Of a stretch of DNA of 64,000 nt, positions 1-13,310 are shown piece by piece. Position 1 is the first letter of the stretch, and each line of letters opens with the position of its first letter. This DNA comes from Epiperipatus broadwayi (Eukaryota > Animalia > Onychophora): contig JAQFVV010000006.1 in assembly GCA_028023455.1 (NCBI GenBank), forward strand, positions 12,834,001 through 12,898,000, given 5' to 3'. The position numbers were made by a program, and so were the translations under genes. The notes beneath the pieces were generated by a model that saw only the letters and a program-made list of their open reading frames with translations, was not told the DNA's origin and ran no database searches.

Positions 1-99
1 CGAAAACTTTGCGTGTGAAAAAATATATTTGTAAAATAATATAGGTGCTATTGCACCTGACCACAAAGCTACTTTTTACTTAAAAACAAAATAAAATTA

Positions 100-2960
100 T
101 ATTACTCTGCAAGTGCTTTCAAGAGACATGCTCTCATCTTCATTGCTCTGAGTGAAAAAATTATATGCAAATTATGCAAAATTCCAAGGTTAATTACTCC
201 ATTTCTTTGAGATCGTGAAGCATGTGTCCTTGCGGCCAGGTGCAATAGCGCCCATATTATTTTACAAATTCCTTCCTTTAATGTATTTTCAAACATTTTT
301 ACTCCCATCTCTTCCTCTTATTAATACCCTCCAACAATTTATTATTCAAATTCACTCTTTCTTTATAATCTATTTTAGCCAACTTCTTTTTTTAAATACT
401 TTTCCCATTTAACATTAACATCTTTTTCACTTTCTTTGTTCTTAGTAGCACATTTGTATTTTTCTGCGTACTTTTTTTCTCCTCTTTTACACATTTACTA
501 TTTCTCACTTTCCTATTACTTTTATTTTTTTAAATATTCTCACCTAAAACCCTATTTGCCATTTTTTCTGCTTCACCACACCAGTCCTTATATTTATTCA
601 TCCTCAACGAACTCTTCCATGATTTCTCTAACTTATTCTTATCATTCATTCTCCATCCATATTTTTCACTAGCCTTTTTATTTGTATTACTATTTCCCAT
701 CACATTGCTAACCATTTCTATTATAAAGAAATTATGATCACTATTATATACTCTCTCTTCATTATCAAACACTTTAATTTTCCATACTTTATTCATTCCC
801 TCTTTCTCTCCTAATACATAATCTATTGTGTAAAATATATTATTTCTAGACCATGTGTATTGTCCCTCACAAATATGTGACAAATTTCCACTGCTCAAAT
901 TCACTCTCTGAAAACAATTCTTCAAAAGTTGTCCATTCTTATTATCTACATCATCAATTTCTTCAATATTCCCATTCATATAGCCTATAACCATTATTTT
1001 CTTCCTCTTTTCTTTAAAACTCAGTATATCTCTAACTAGGCATTCATATATGCTACTTTTTCATTCCATTATAGTTTGACTATTTCCAGTGACTATATAT
1101 ACTGTAGCCACCATCCATTCTTGTCTTTTTAACCTTATCTCAAACCACAAATGTTCTTGACAACAGTATTTAAATATTTTTTTGACATAACTCATATACT
1201 ACCACTTCTTTTTTCTTTTCTATTTATATCCTGCCATTATAGTATATGTTCTTCTTCTTCTCTTAGATGTGTTTCCACTACTTCTAGTACCTCAAATTCT
1301 TCATTTTTGACTGCTTTGTTTAATTCCAGCCATTTGTATTGTCTCTTACCACCTTTCATATTCAAATATCCAATGTTAACAATTTCTTCTTTCCTAACTA
1401 TCCTTTTACAATTTCTTTTGACTCTTACTTTTCCATTACATTTATAAATAACTTGCTTACTATTAATTTTATAGACCCATTTCCTCTCAACATCTACATT
1501 TATATCTAAATCAGTTATCCTTTGATTATTTCTTACATCCCTTCCACTTTTCTTCTTAAAACCTCACCCCCATTTACAAGTTTTCTGAATTATATTCTTT
1601 ATAAATCAAACTCCATAAAACTTCACTTCCTTGTTTTTCTAAGTGCAATCCAACTTTACTATATAACTCCCTCTTACTAATAAAAAAATCCCACACACCC
1701 ACAAACATTACATCATTTCTCTCATACATTTTTCAATCTCTCATTTATAAAACATGCCATCTCTGACATATATCTCTTGTCAAATCTTCATAATAATTCA
1801 ATTATTCCTACTCCCTTGATTCTTTACCTTATCTGTAACATCTCTAATTCTAGCTCCAGGCAAACATACTCTTACATACCTGTTTCTATTTTCCTTTGCA
1901 ATTATATCACCACATTCTCTAATTACTGAATCTCCTATCAATACTGTCTCATTGTCTACTTTCCTACTTCATTCATAACATTACCTACCACTCTCTGGAC
2001 TTTCTTATCTACTTTTTTCTTATCATTCCTACCAATAATTCCTTTATCTTCTCACACTTCTCTAATGATTTTAATTTTGCTTCTATATCCATTACCTCTT
2101 CCTCTATCACATTTTTTGGCTAATCATCTCTATTGCACTACTTATTTTTTCATCCATAGCATTTGTTACTCCACTAAAACCATACCCTATCCTATCTTCC
2201 TCAATTACATTTCGCTCCATTTCTCCTGCTTTTCTCTTTAAACTATCTACACTTAGAAAACATTTTTTCACTTCTTTTATCACATTTACACACTGTCTAC
2301 ATAACCATAAGCCTGTTACATCCTTCCTAGTCATATTTAAGCATTTCAAGTGATAAACCTCATCACATACAGTACACTCTACCACAGCATGCCTAATTTC
2401 TTTGACCATTATATATGCATTGTGGGATACAAATGCAATCCATATTCCTTACTTTTCACGTCATCTACTCTACATTTAACTTTATGCTTCCTCTCCTACT
2501 CTTCAAACCCCTTTACACAAATGGTGAAAAACTTTACTTTCTTTCAATGGCAATCGATAAACATGTGTTTCCCAACCTTAGGTCTCAAAATGTTATCGTC
2601 TTTCTCAAATAAATCACTTTCTTTCTTAAATTAAAAAAAAGTTTTTAATAACAAACTTACTAAAAACCAACTAATCTTATGTACAACTGTTATAAAATCT
2701 CCTTACATTAACACATACTCAACAAAATGATTTTTCTTTAAACTCTATATTTAAAATGGTGAAATGAAACACTTTCTAATCCAATTAAATATATCTCCTC
2801 AATAACAATTTTCTCTCCACTTTCCCCTTTCACACAATAAGCAAACAGTCTTTGTAGCAATGATATCAGAAGATTATTCGCAAAAAAAAATATAAAGTTT
2901 AACAGAGTAGTCACGTCAGCACAGCAAGGCAGCAAAGCATTAGGAAATTTTCAGCTACGC
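100..2960 (-). mobile_element. Decayed LINE, 5' part: ORF1 (PHD finger + SGNH esterase-like domain) and APE endonuclease of ORF2; CR1/L2/RTEX-like, clade uncertain
   Basis: ORF 2107..2409 has a PHD-like ECTVCDEVYHLKC...WLCRQC. Minus strand ~1830-1960 reads ETVLIGDSVIRE...VCLPGARIRDV. ORF 530..994 has APE motifs (GYMNG, TIDYVL, SDHN). Many stops and frameshifts. Confidence 0.85.
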
Positions 2961-3819
2961 CCTCTGTGAAACAAATGTTTAGAGTCTCTATTTCAAAACA
3001 GTTACATTATTTTACAGAGAGCATAGCTGAAATTCCTTAATGTTTGAAGTGATTTGATATTTATTTCATATAGCAGTATGCACTGAAATATTTTCGTATA
3101 TATATAAATAAGCCATAAAATCTGCATGCCTCACTACCTGAAGAAAAAATCCATAACCAAATCTCAGGTCATGGGCATAGTAGAGGGCTACTTCACCATA
3201 ATACCATGATATTTTCAGCTCTGTTGAAAATTTTAAGCTATTAATTTTATAACTCAATTTATAAAAAATTAAACACTATCCATATTTATAAGATTTTATG
3301 GATGGGTTAATGAATTGAATATACATATTAGGCTCAATATTCTATCTGAATAACCAATAGGTCTATTGCAAATTTTCTAACAAAATAAATAAATATTGAC
3401 AGGGCATTATTGAATTACATATAGAATAAAATTAGAGAAACTTTGAAAGTTAAGTATTCCGTGGTAGTTAAATAATCTTTTCCCCATCTTTTGCAAATAT
3501 TATTACAAGAAAAACATGTTTTAAAATTAGTTTCTAAATGAAGCCAGTTTAAAACATCGTTAAGAATTTTTGTTTTTAAAAAAAGAAAGTAAAAATTGCT
3601 TTTGGCATAAGTTTGGTGGCCCATAATTCAACCAATTTAAATACAGTAATTAAATGTTAGATTTCCATTTGTTCAAGTGTTAAAGTTAGTTACATTAACT
3701 TCTAATAATTCATATGATGTAGGAGAAATGTTTTAAATGTAAACTGTTTATTTTATCATTAAAAATAAAATACTGTTTTTATATTTAGAAAACTGATTTT
3801 AAATTCTTATATAACTGTC

Positions 3820-4240
3820 GCTTATCTAATGAGCTTTCCAATAGCTCTTAATAAGATTTTCAGAATATCCTCAAACTAAGACCAGTTTCGGCTTCTGGTT
3901 TCTTCAGTGAAGTGTTAGGATATTCAAGCATTGGATTTAAAATACCAGGTCAAGCCCAGAACTTTATCTATGGTTAACTATTAAGTAGAAAATCTGAAAT
4001 TTTCAGACATCCATATGTCTTTCAAATCCAGCTATCCAACTTAAATATCCATATGGGACTGAACGGGACTGAACTTAATAGTTAACTATTAGATAAAGTG
4101 CTGGACTTGACCTGGTATTTTAAATCTAATGCTTGAATATCCTAGTATCTAACGAAGGAAGCCAGAAGCAGAAATCAATCTGGGATTGGGAATATTCTGA
4201 AAAGCTTGTTAAGAGCTATTGGCAAGCTCATTAGATAACA
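3820..4240. mobile_element. Diverged fold-back relative of HHR repeat family A
   Basis: Inverted arms ~3822-3985 and ~4075-4240. Minus strand 3875-3912 reads cttca-CTGAAGA-aaccagaagcc-GAAAC-tg-GTC. Spacer has catatgggactgaac, resembling family A catatgggtctgaac. Confidence 0.6.
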
Positions 4241-5895
4241 TTTGTATACGAGTTTGTTAAATTAGGTCATGTGATATATAATTTGACTTCTTTGCAACTG
4301 TTGCTTTTATATACAATGGAGCCCTAATATCCACTATATTTTGTTCCAACCCTCCTTGTATATATATTGTACATTGCCTTAATATGTAACAAACAATTTT
4401 TTGGTACTTACACACTAGCCTGGCACTGAGATATCACATACATATTAGTCTGGACATAATTTTCTACTCTTGTGGTCTGGAAAATAACATCCACATGGGA
4501 GTTTCTGACAAACTTAATGATCAATGACCTATAACTTTATTTAGTGGAAATGAAAAAAACACATATTTATGTTTGTTTGTTTTTTGTGAAAAATGATCTT
4601 CCAACATTTAAACTTTAACAATCTAAATTTATCACAAATGATAAACAAACAAAAAAAAATGATATACATATATAACTGCACAATTCTGTCCATTTACAAA
4701 ATGTATCTTAGCATTTACTGTGGCAAACTGAAGTTTCTTACCTCAAACCATGTTCCGTTACAAATGGCTACTGTCTTTCGACAATCATGAACAAAATAGT
4801 GCCATTGTTTGTTCGAACTGTGGACATAAAGTGCCAAATTTTAATCATTTACTTTTGGTAAAAAAAATGCTGTGCATATTCATTTTGCAAAAATTAAGGG
4901 TGGCCAGTAAATCTTATGGACATGTTACTTTTGCCAGACGATCGGGCATTCTTTCATGACATCACGGCATAGTTTAAATTATAAAATGATGAGAAAAACC
5001 ACTATTTTGCCTAATTACTTTTTTCTCATTGGAATATTATCTAATATTTATTTACAAAATTAATTACTTCCTTTTTAGAAGATTATAAATTAGGAGTTAT
5101 TTCTCAGAGCATGCGCTTTAAAACTCTGTGTACTCTCCTGTGATGATCAACTTTAAAAGCATAAGTGTACATTTATGCTTAAGATTTATTTTCTATATAA
5201 ACCAGTCTTTCCTCACCATGCTTAAATCAGGGCTTTAAGTACTTATATATGTAAGTATGTATACATGTTACATAGTAATATATTCATCACTGTGTTAATT
5301 TTTCCCATCCAATCCAAACAAATGCTTCTTTTTCAAATAATGTTATTACTTTTTTTTAAAATTCAATATTTGAGAAAATAATAATCTCAAATTACCATTT
5401 ATAAAGGAATATGAAAAAAACTGTTTTAAAAAGAATCACTATACAAACTAATCTGCGAACCATAAATTCTTCTATATATACAAAAGATGCTGGTCTGTTT
5501 TTCTATTTACTTAATACTTGATGATATTGCCTTTTAATTAACCTCTTTAGTGGAAAACTTTTTTTCTGAAATGCTTTAACACCATATCTAATAATAGATC
5601 TTCAATATATTCTATTTTCTGCATTATCTTCCTACTGGAAACAATTGACATTACACTTCTTGAAAATGTCCTTAAGATAATCCTTATAATGCAGATGGGG
5701 TTTTAAGATAATTCTTATAATGCTGATGGGGTTTACTTTTCCCAAGAAAACCATGTCCAAGTGTACCATAAAACTTCCTTTTAGGAAGTCTTGCATTCAT
5801 TTATTTATACATGATCAAACCAATGAAGACATGACTTTAAAATAGTATGCTTTGTAGAATAATGTCCATCAAAAAATATTGATTGACTTTATACT

Positions 5896-5969
5896 CACCC
5901 AATGTGAAGCACAAAACCTATGACCCTGAGAAAAAGAATCTCATGCCCTACTGACTAAGATAGCTGGGT
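5896..5969 (-). pseudogene. tRNA-Lys(CTT) pseudogene
   Basis: Reverse complement cccagctatcttagtcagtagggcatgagattctttttctcagggtcataggttttgtgcttcacattgggtg aligns end to end to the eukaryotic tRNA-Lys(CTT) sequence as I recall it, with CpG-type decay and broken A/B boxes. Confidence 0.8.
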
Positions 5970-6114
5970 AACTCATAGGACATTAAGTTTTGTCTTTATT
6001 TGCATCTCTTGATATATTGTGAGCTTTAATATAGCATCATACTCTAATGTTAGATGCTGGGCTCATGTTCTGAACAGGGTCAACAGATAGAGGATATGGC
6101 CTTCATGCATAAAA

Positions 6115-6225
6115 TTTGATGTGAATAATTAAGTAGAAGTGCCTTTATTATCTTAAACCAGTTTCTAGTTTGTGGCTTTCATCAGTAAGATATTTTGGAT
6201 CTGCATCTAGTGTACCAGGAAAAAG
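6115..6225 (-). mobile_element. Family A fragment with a covarying HHR (6149-6192)
   Basis: TATCTTA-CTGATGA-aagccacaaacta-GAAAC-tg-GTT-TAAGATA; stem I differs in sequence from other copies but pairs fully. Confidence 0.65.
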
Positions 6226-6564
6226 GAATTTTTTCAGGCATAATTCACATATTTTCATTATTACATTTTCTAGTTATACTCCTTAACTATATAATCACTA
6301 TATGTTGCAAAACATAACTTCCAGTTTCAACATCTGCAACTGATTATATTCAAGATTTCTCATTATTTATAACCTGCCATCTCTGACAATAGCTCCTTCA
6401 TTACCAATGGCATACATCTTTTCTATTTACACTTAATCTCTACTTTTAAAAGAAGTTATTTTTAATCCAATGTCAAAGATATCTACAGTAATTTTAAAAA
6501 ATAAGTGAATGGTATCTCATGTTCATTAATTATTTAAGCTGACAGCAGATAGCCCTACAGTATG

Positions 6565-6860
6565 TGTAGAGACCTGCTTCTGAAATCCATTGCATTACTG
6601 GGACAAATTACTGGGACAAAAACTAATATTGATTAATTCTTCAAAATTACTTTAGATGGCATTGTAGTATCATGAAGAAAACTGCTTCTGAAATCCATTT
6701 CCATAATTTGGGCATTATCTAATTTTTATCAATTACTCAAGCTTACAGTAGATAACGCTGTAGTGGTGAAGAGAACTGTTCCTGAAGTCCATTACATTAC
6801 TTGGATATTAACTCATGTTTATCAATTGTTCAAGTGTACAATAGATGGCTCTGTATTACA
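6565..6860. repeat. Degenerate tandem repeat, ~100-bp unit, ~3 copies
   Basis: Recurrent ctgcttctgaaatccatt...atcaattactcaag...tagat motif. Confidence 0.55.
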
Positions 6861-7017
6861 ACAATAGACTCTCATATCCTTTTTTTGTTTCTTATTTCAC
6901 ATCTTATCTTGTACTAAATTAATTCCAGAAATAAAAAGTTTGGCCATTTGCAAAATGGTAGAGTATTAAATTAAAAACTATAGATTCCACAATTGATTCT
7001 TATCTCTTCAACTAGTA

Positions 7018-7900
7018 ATGTGATGTGATGAAATGGATTGTGACTTCTCCTTAAACTGAGTCAGGAATCTCTCAGCAATTACAGCCAGAGAAACCTGTTA
7101 CCACTTTAACTTCCCTTTCCATTCCCCACCCTAACTTTTTCCACAATCTGCTTCATCTCATTTCCACAACATAATGTTTGTCAACTCCATGGCCTTCATA
7201 TCTAAATCCCCCTTTTCCCAAACCCAGCATAAAAACCAATAACCCACTTTCTGTATAATCACTTTATTCATATTTATTCTTCCATAACTTCATTATTAGT
7301 ACCCTTTCTGCTTTCAAGCATTTATGACTAATATTTTCTATTCTTCCTTACACAATTTGCAGAGTAAATCACCCATATTTTCCCATTTACGTGTATATTC
7401 TCTTGTTGCTAAAGATCCCATTTGAGCCTTAAACAATACACTACTTTCCTTGCTATTATCATAAATTAACTCACACCCAATGTTCCATTTACTTCTATAT
7501 ATATTTAAACTCTTTTTACTCACCATACTAGTTCTCCATCTCTCTATTCTTTATTAGTGCATCTATTCTTATTATCCCATTCCTTATTACTATAACATTC
7601 AACAATCCTCCTAACACAATCATCCCACCTTTTGTATAAGTATACTGGTATAAATTCTTTATTCAAATCCTCTGCATACTCCATTACCTTTCCAACCCAT
7701 CTTGTGCTTGCCCTTTACTCATAACCCAATTAAATACTATTTTGGCTATTCTTTTATTATCCATAAACTGCAACCTCCCAAACATTTTCATTTTGCTTTT
7801 TGCATCTCTCATATAAAAACTTGACCATCCAAATTCTCTTTGAATTACCTCCTTTGCTGTCCACACATCTGCCATTTGCTTTCCCACCTGGTGACAATTT
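7018..7900 (-). mobile_element. 3' fragment of LINE with C-terminal zinc knuckle and (CATCA)n tail
   Basis: ORFs 7684..7917 and 7338..7526 (WSSFYMRDAKSKMKMFGRLQFMDNKR; CKLCKEE); tail tgtgatgtgatg at ~7019. Homologous to 45041-46095 and 49506-50385. Confidence 0.85.
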
Positions 7901-8421
7901 TTGTAACCATTCAACATTTGCCTTTCTTATTAAACCTTTAATCTGCATTAGAATTTATTAAACTGGATTTGATTTGTTAGAAATATAAGATTACAAATAA
8001 AAAAGACAACCTAAAAAATCATATTTGAACTTTGAAAATATACAAATAATAATAATATTAATAATCAAAAGAAGTATGTAATGAAAACAGTGAACTTTTT
8101 TCTGATTGGGTGATATAAATGAAAGCCAACAAAGGCAGGAAAAAAAGAAATTTAATGAAATCTTTGGTGACTGAACTTTATTTTCAAAACATGAACACAT
8201 TAATATAAAGCTATCTTAAATCTATCAAATTATTTTCTAAAATTCAAAATTTCATTTTTTATATATCACAAACATTGCAGATTACCTTGATAAAAAGTGT
8301 ATTAAAAAGGTTTTAATAATCTTAACACCATATTTTCTGTCTACCAATATGATTGAATGTGTTGACTTACATTTTTAAAAATAAAACATATTTGAATAAA
8401 ATCAAAGTATAGTTATGTATA

Positions 8422-8874
8422 CAGGTAACCCCTGTATAACATGGCATTCCTACAATACTGTTTTCCTCTGATATGGTTCGACAGTTGGAGAAATTTCCTC
8501 TATAACACAGCACTTGTACAAGTTTTGACAATTAGGAAAATTCCTCTATAACAAAAGATGTGACAAGTTTTTAAGAACAAATACCATCTTTGTTGATATT
8601 TGTCATTTGAGTGAGTATGAAAATGCTCATTTATTGGTGATTAGTTGTGATGACAAAGAAAACATTATATAATATTTACATATAATACTTTTGATCATTT
8701 ATTGTTTTAATTAACATATTTCTCTTAGTTATAAAATACAAATAGTATAGTTTTTTTTAAACTTTCGGAACCAAATACTGTTTTTTGTACTAGTTCTTTA
8801 TTTTGTATAACATGAACTTGCATAACATGGCATTTTTTAGAAACCTATTGGCTCTGTTATATGAAGGTTACTTG
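8422..8874. mobile_element. Tc1/mariner-pogo (Tigger-like) MITE
   Basis: TA|CAGGTAACCCCTGTATAACA at left; imperfect inverse TGTTATATGAAGGTTACTTG|TG at right; no coding capacity. Confidence 0.55.
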
Positions 8875-9091
8875 TGCTTTTATTTTTAAATAATTATTAT
8901 GCAAATATTGTCTATAAATAATCATAATATTTAAATAAACTAAACAAAAATCCTTTTTTTTTTTGCAGTTCCCAGGTAAGGTTAAAAGTCATTTCAAAAT
9001 AATATTATGAATGATCTCTGAAGTTGGAGAACAAAAAACATGGCAATCATTGATGTTATAGGAAAGATTAGATTAATTTGAAGTTTTAGAT

Positions 9092-9825
9092 CAGTGGTGC
9101 ACACCCTGTGGGTTGTGAATCCTCAAGAGATTGCAAAAAAATTATTGGGGGTTGTGAAAATTTTGAGAAGTTCTCATGTTGGAAAATATGCAGTTTTTTC
9201 AAATATTTTATATCAAATCGTATGTTCTGAAATATATATTTGTGTGTGGTAAAATGATTTTTATTATTACTATCCTTATATGCTTATAATATATATCTTA
9301 GAGATCATTTATTTTTTTCACATGTATGTGGTCATGTGTATTGATTATATAAGATGGATTGGATGGCTGTATTGAGTTCGAAAGGTCTGATTTCAATTCT
9401 CTTATAATTACATTAAGTTTAGTATAGAAAACATTCATGCATTTAAATATTACATATTCAGCCTGTATTTTTCCCATCACTCTTCTGTATAATTAAATGA
9501 ACATAATAAGGTTCTATGTGTAAGGGTCCGATTAAAGTTTGAAGATTTGCTATATTCATATAAACTAAGCACTTGTTGTATATATGTGTGGGAGTTGGTG
9601 AACTGGATCAAGTGTTGAGTGATGGTTGGAGATCGTTTATTTTTTTCACATGTATGTGGTCATGTGTATTAGTTGTATAAGATGGATTGAATAGCTATAG
9701 GGAGTTTGAAAGATCTGACTTCAAGTCTCTTATAATTATAGTAGTACGGTAACGAATATAATGAATCATTTAAAAATTCAGTCTGAGTTTGGGGGTTACA
9801 AGTGTGTAAAGATTGCATACCACTG
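9092..9825. mobile_element. hAT (Charlie-like) MITE with a nested family B insertion
   Basis: CAGTGGT...ACCACTG termini; 8-bp flanks TTTTAGAT (9084-91) and TTCTAGAT (9826-33), 7/8 identical, matching the NTCTAGAN-type hAT target. Confidence 0.7.
9300..9735. mobile_element. Family B degraded copies
   Basis: catgtatgtggtcatgtgtat...gaaaggtctga and taaagtttgaagatttgctat segments match family B. Confidence 0.6.
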
Positions 9826-10699
9826 TTCTAGATGGCTGCAGAATATTGACCTCTTGAGATTATTATTTTTTGACTAAAAAATTAATATTTAATTTCACTT
9901 TCTATCATCAAACGAGCAGCATACTAAACTAGGTGCAGCAGATATGAAGGACTATTAGCGCCCTCTCCAAACATCAAGTGATGTACTTTATAATTATTTA
10001 TAGAAGGATGAATTGAATAACATAAAATAAGGTCTGTTAAATGGAGCGAAAATGTGATTAACCTGCCACTAGAGTGCGCAAGCATCGTCTCTTTATTCTT
10101 GTACTGTAATTACATATAGTAATAAAATTTTATTTGTTATAAACTTAATGTTATTGAAGTATCTATCTTTGTGAATGGAACCAAATTTTTAATGATGTTT
10201 TTAAATATATTTTTATAAAACTACAAATATTTATTAAATTTTATATGTATTCACATTACGTTGAAGCAATCAAAACATGATTCTTCCCAATGTCGAATTA
10301 AGGCCTAACCTTCAAAATGACAAAAAAATCTTAGAATAACTTCAAGCTTTGTTAAAATATATTTCAAAACAGACGTGATTTTTCTCTGTACATTTCTAGA
10401 AATTTATTTTAATAATGACTTAAATGTAAAAGCTCAAATGCATATTGTATAAGTAATAATAACTTTTTAAAACGTTAATTACTTTGAAAATTTATTTTTA
10501 CTGTTACCAAATGCTAAGTAGTTTCATTAAAAAATTTATTAAACCAGTAAGAAAAGGTTTCTCAGTAGCATGAAAGTAAAAGATTTTAATTACCAATTTT
10601 TTTAAATAAAAATATGACTTTAATAAATGTTATATAAAAGAAACATGAAGATCTACTCATGCTATAAAATGTAAAACTCTAGTTTTTTTTTTTTTAAAG

Positions 10700-10790
10700 T
10701 GTCATAGCATCGGCCGGGACGCGAACCCGCAACCCGGGCAACTGCCTGCAAGTGCAAGGCTGTCGCGCTGACCTCTCGACCACCAATGCA
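10700..10790 (-). mobile_element. tRNA-Gly-derived SINE
   Basis: Reverse complement GCATTGGTGGTCGAGAGGTCAGC...CCCGGGTTGCGGGTTCGCGTCCCGGCCGATGCTATGACAC followed by an A-rich tail. Confidence 0.8.
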
Positions 10791-11409
10791 ATATAGTGGG
10801 TTTTAGCAAACACAAATGAATATTTGTATTAACCTCTATGCAACTAAATATGACCTTTAGTAATTAATAGGTGCCAGGTGGTAAAGGTAAAAGAAAAAGA
10901 GTATTAAACCACTAAACATCACTTTACCATAATTCTTCCCTCTATTGATTACTATGGCTTACACTAGGTGGCACAACCGTACAGAAAGTTTGCCTCTGAG
11001 AGAAGAAGAGTTACTGCTGAACAGCAGTGTTGTAAGTTGGAGTCATGTGATAGAGTTGTTTGATATTTTATTTGGTTATGTTTGTATTGAATATATTACT
11101 TTAAAATGTTCTGATGATATAATAACAATTATTCAATCGTCATCTCAAAATCTGGTCTTAAATGGAGGCTGGATAAATTTGAAAAACTTTATGAAGTTCC
11201 AATCAAGTTTTAAGATTTTTCTTTTGGATAGACAGTTAACAACCAAGTTGATTAACATCCAATGTGGTAAATAAAAGAATATTTCGCTATTCGACTCTGG
11301 AAAACAAAACATTGAGAGAAAGTTGTTCAAAATCTTTACCAACCGACAACTAACATCTCGGGTGAGTAATATGAGCTATTTAAACACTTCTGGCCTTCTA
11401 CCTACTTTT

Positions 11410-12160
11410 ATTTCATCATGGTCACCAGAAATAAGGTTGGGTAGATAAGAATGGATGGTGGCTGTAGTGTATATAGCCACTGGAGATAGTCAAACTGTAA
11501 TGGAATGGAACAGTACTATATATGAATGCCTAGTTAAGGATATACAGAGTTTTAAAGAAATGGGGAAGAGAATAATGGTTACAGGGGATATGAATGGACA
11601 TATTGAAGAAATTGATGATGTATATAATAAAAATGGTCAGTTTTTGAAGGAATTTTGTCGAAGAGTAAATTTGAACATTGGGAATTTATCAAATATTTGT
11701 GAGGGACAATACACATGGTCTAGGAATAATATATTTCACACAATAGATTATATATTGGTAGAGAAAGAGGGAATGAATAAAATATGGAAAATTGAGGTGT
11801 TTGATAATGAAGAGAGAGTATGTAATAGTGATCATAATTTTATTGTAATAGAAATGGTTAGTAATGTGATGGAGGATAGAAATAAAGGTAGAAACAATAG
11901 CGAAAGATATGGATGGAGAGTGAATGATAAAAATAAGTTGGTAGAGTGTAAAATACAAGTTGAAGAAGCCATGGAACAGTTGATTGGGGATGAGTATGAG
12001 GACTAGTGTGATGAAATAGAAAAAGTGGCAAACAGGGCTTTAGTTGAGAATATGCAGAAGAATAAAAAAATAAAAAAATGAGAGTAAAAGTGTAAAAGAG
12101 AGGAAAGAAGCATCAGAGAATATAAGGGTGCTATTAAGAACAAAGAAAGTGAAAATGATA
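11410..12160 (+). mobile_element. APE endonuclease fragment of the LINE family at 100-2960
   Basis: ORF 11455..12006 (GDMNGH, TIDYILV, SDHN) is closely similar to ORF 530..994. Confidence 0.85.
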
Positions 12161-12359
12161 TTAATGCTATTTAATTAAAACACTGAAAATAAAAAATATA
12201 AATAAAAGACTCTGAAAACAGTGAATGCAAAATTGTCCCATCTGACCCTACATGGTTTGATGCAGTATTTTCCCACTTAGGATCGGGAGGTCCCAGTATC
12301 AATTCTGATGTTCACAGGTCTGCCACTCAACTTCTTTTGAACTCCCAAACCATAAACCC

Positions 12360-12430
12360 ATATATATATATATATATATATATATATGGGCATATATATA
12401 TATATGGGCATATATATATATATATATATA
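12360..12430. repeat. (TA)n microsatellite interrupted by GGGC
   Basis: Directly visible. Confidence 0.9.
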
Positions 12431-13019
12431 TGCCCTTTTTTACATACACAATTTCACATAACTGGTAAAGCATCTGACATGAGATCAGAAAGTCCCATTA
12501 TTGATTCTGCCACTCACAGATTTGGCACTCAAATTTCTTATAAACTCCCAAGAAATAAAACCATATGCATTTTTGTCCCATCTGTAAATATTTCTATATA
12601 TTAGTTAAAAACATGTGTATCCCTTTTTCTTTAGGGTCTGCTCCAGTGTAGAGTTTTAGAAAATACATTGACTTTCAAATTATTAAAATACATGCAGAAA
12701 TTAATTTAAAAAAGAGTAAACAGCTTTGTAATGTTTCCACATTATGAAAGTTATCCTTATATGGTGGTAAAATGGGTGGTTCATTATAAAGATTTCAGAA
12801 TTATTTTTCAACCGAGCAACATAAAAAAACTTGGTTTAGCTAAATAAAAGGGTACTGTCAAATACCCAAAATATCATTAAAGGGTTTTAATGCCTCATGG
12901 CTTTCTGAGTAATTAACCATATGCTTCACAGAATAGTTTAATGATCTTACTCTACAGGTACCTGCTATAAAACTGATGAACATAAAAACAATGAGAGATC
13001 ACATGATTTCCTTTCACAT

Positions 13020-13310
13020 AACGTTCACACAGTGCTGCTTAGCACTAAATTCTTCTTTCCTCCCCACTGTAAACTTTAATAATCAATAGATGCCATATGA
13101 TAGTGCTTAATAAATCCTGATCCAGTGCTTCCCTATTTAATATCCCCCAGACCAGTTCTTAGTACCATAAGTTAGAAACCTCTGGGAATATTGGATATGA
13201 CAAGGCTGGAAAGAGATTTATTAAGCACTAAGAATGGCATTGGATAGTGATTTATTAAGAACTACCATCTTGCATGCATTAACTACTAAGGATCACACTA
13301 GGTGTCATAA
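13020..13310. mobile_element. Old diverged family A-like fold-back
   Basis: aataatcaatagatgcc...aatatccccagaccagtt followed by inverse tgggaatattgg...atttattaagcact. Confidence 0.45.

Noticed and set aside
10700-10790. Functional tRNA gene
   Set aside because: Expanded, non-canonical anticodon/variable region and a shared 3' extension with A-tail identify it as a SINE.
12250-12310. tRNA-Pro-like remnant; similar weak tRNA/SINE-like traces at ~26500, ~44020, ~49220
   Set aside because: Too degenerate to support by eye.
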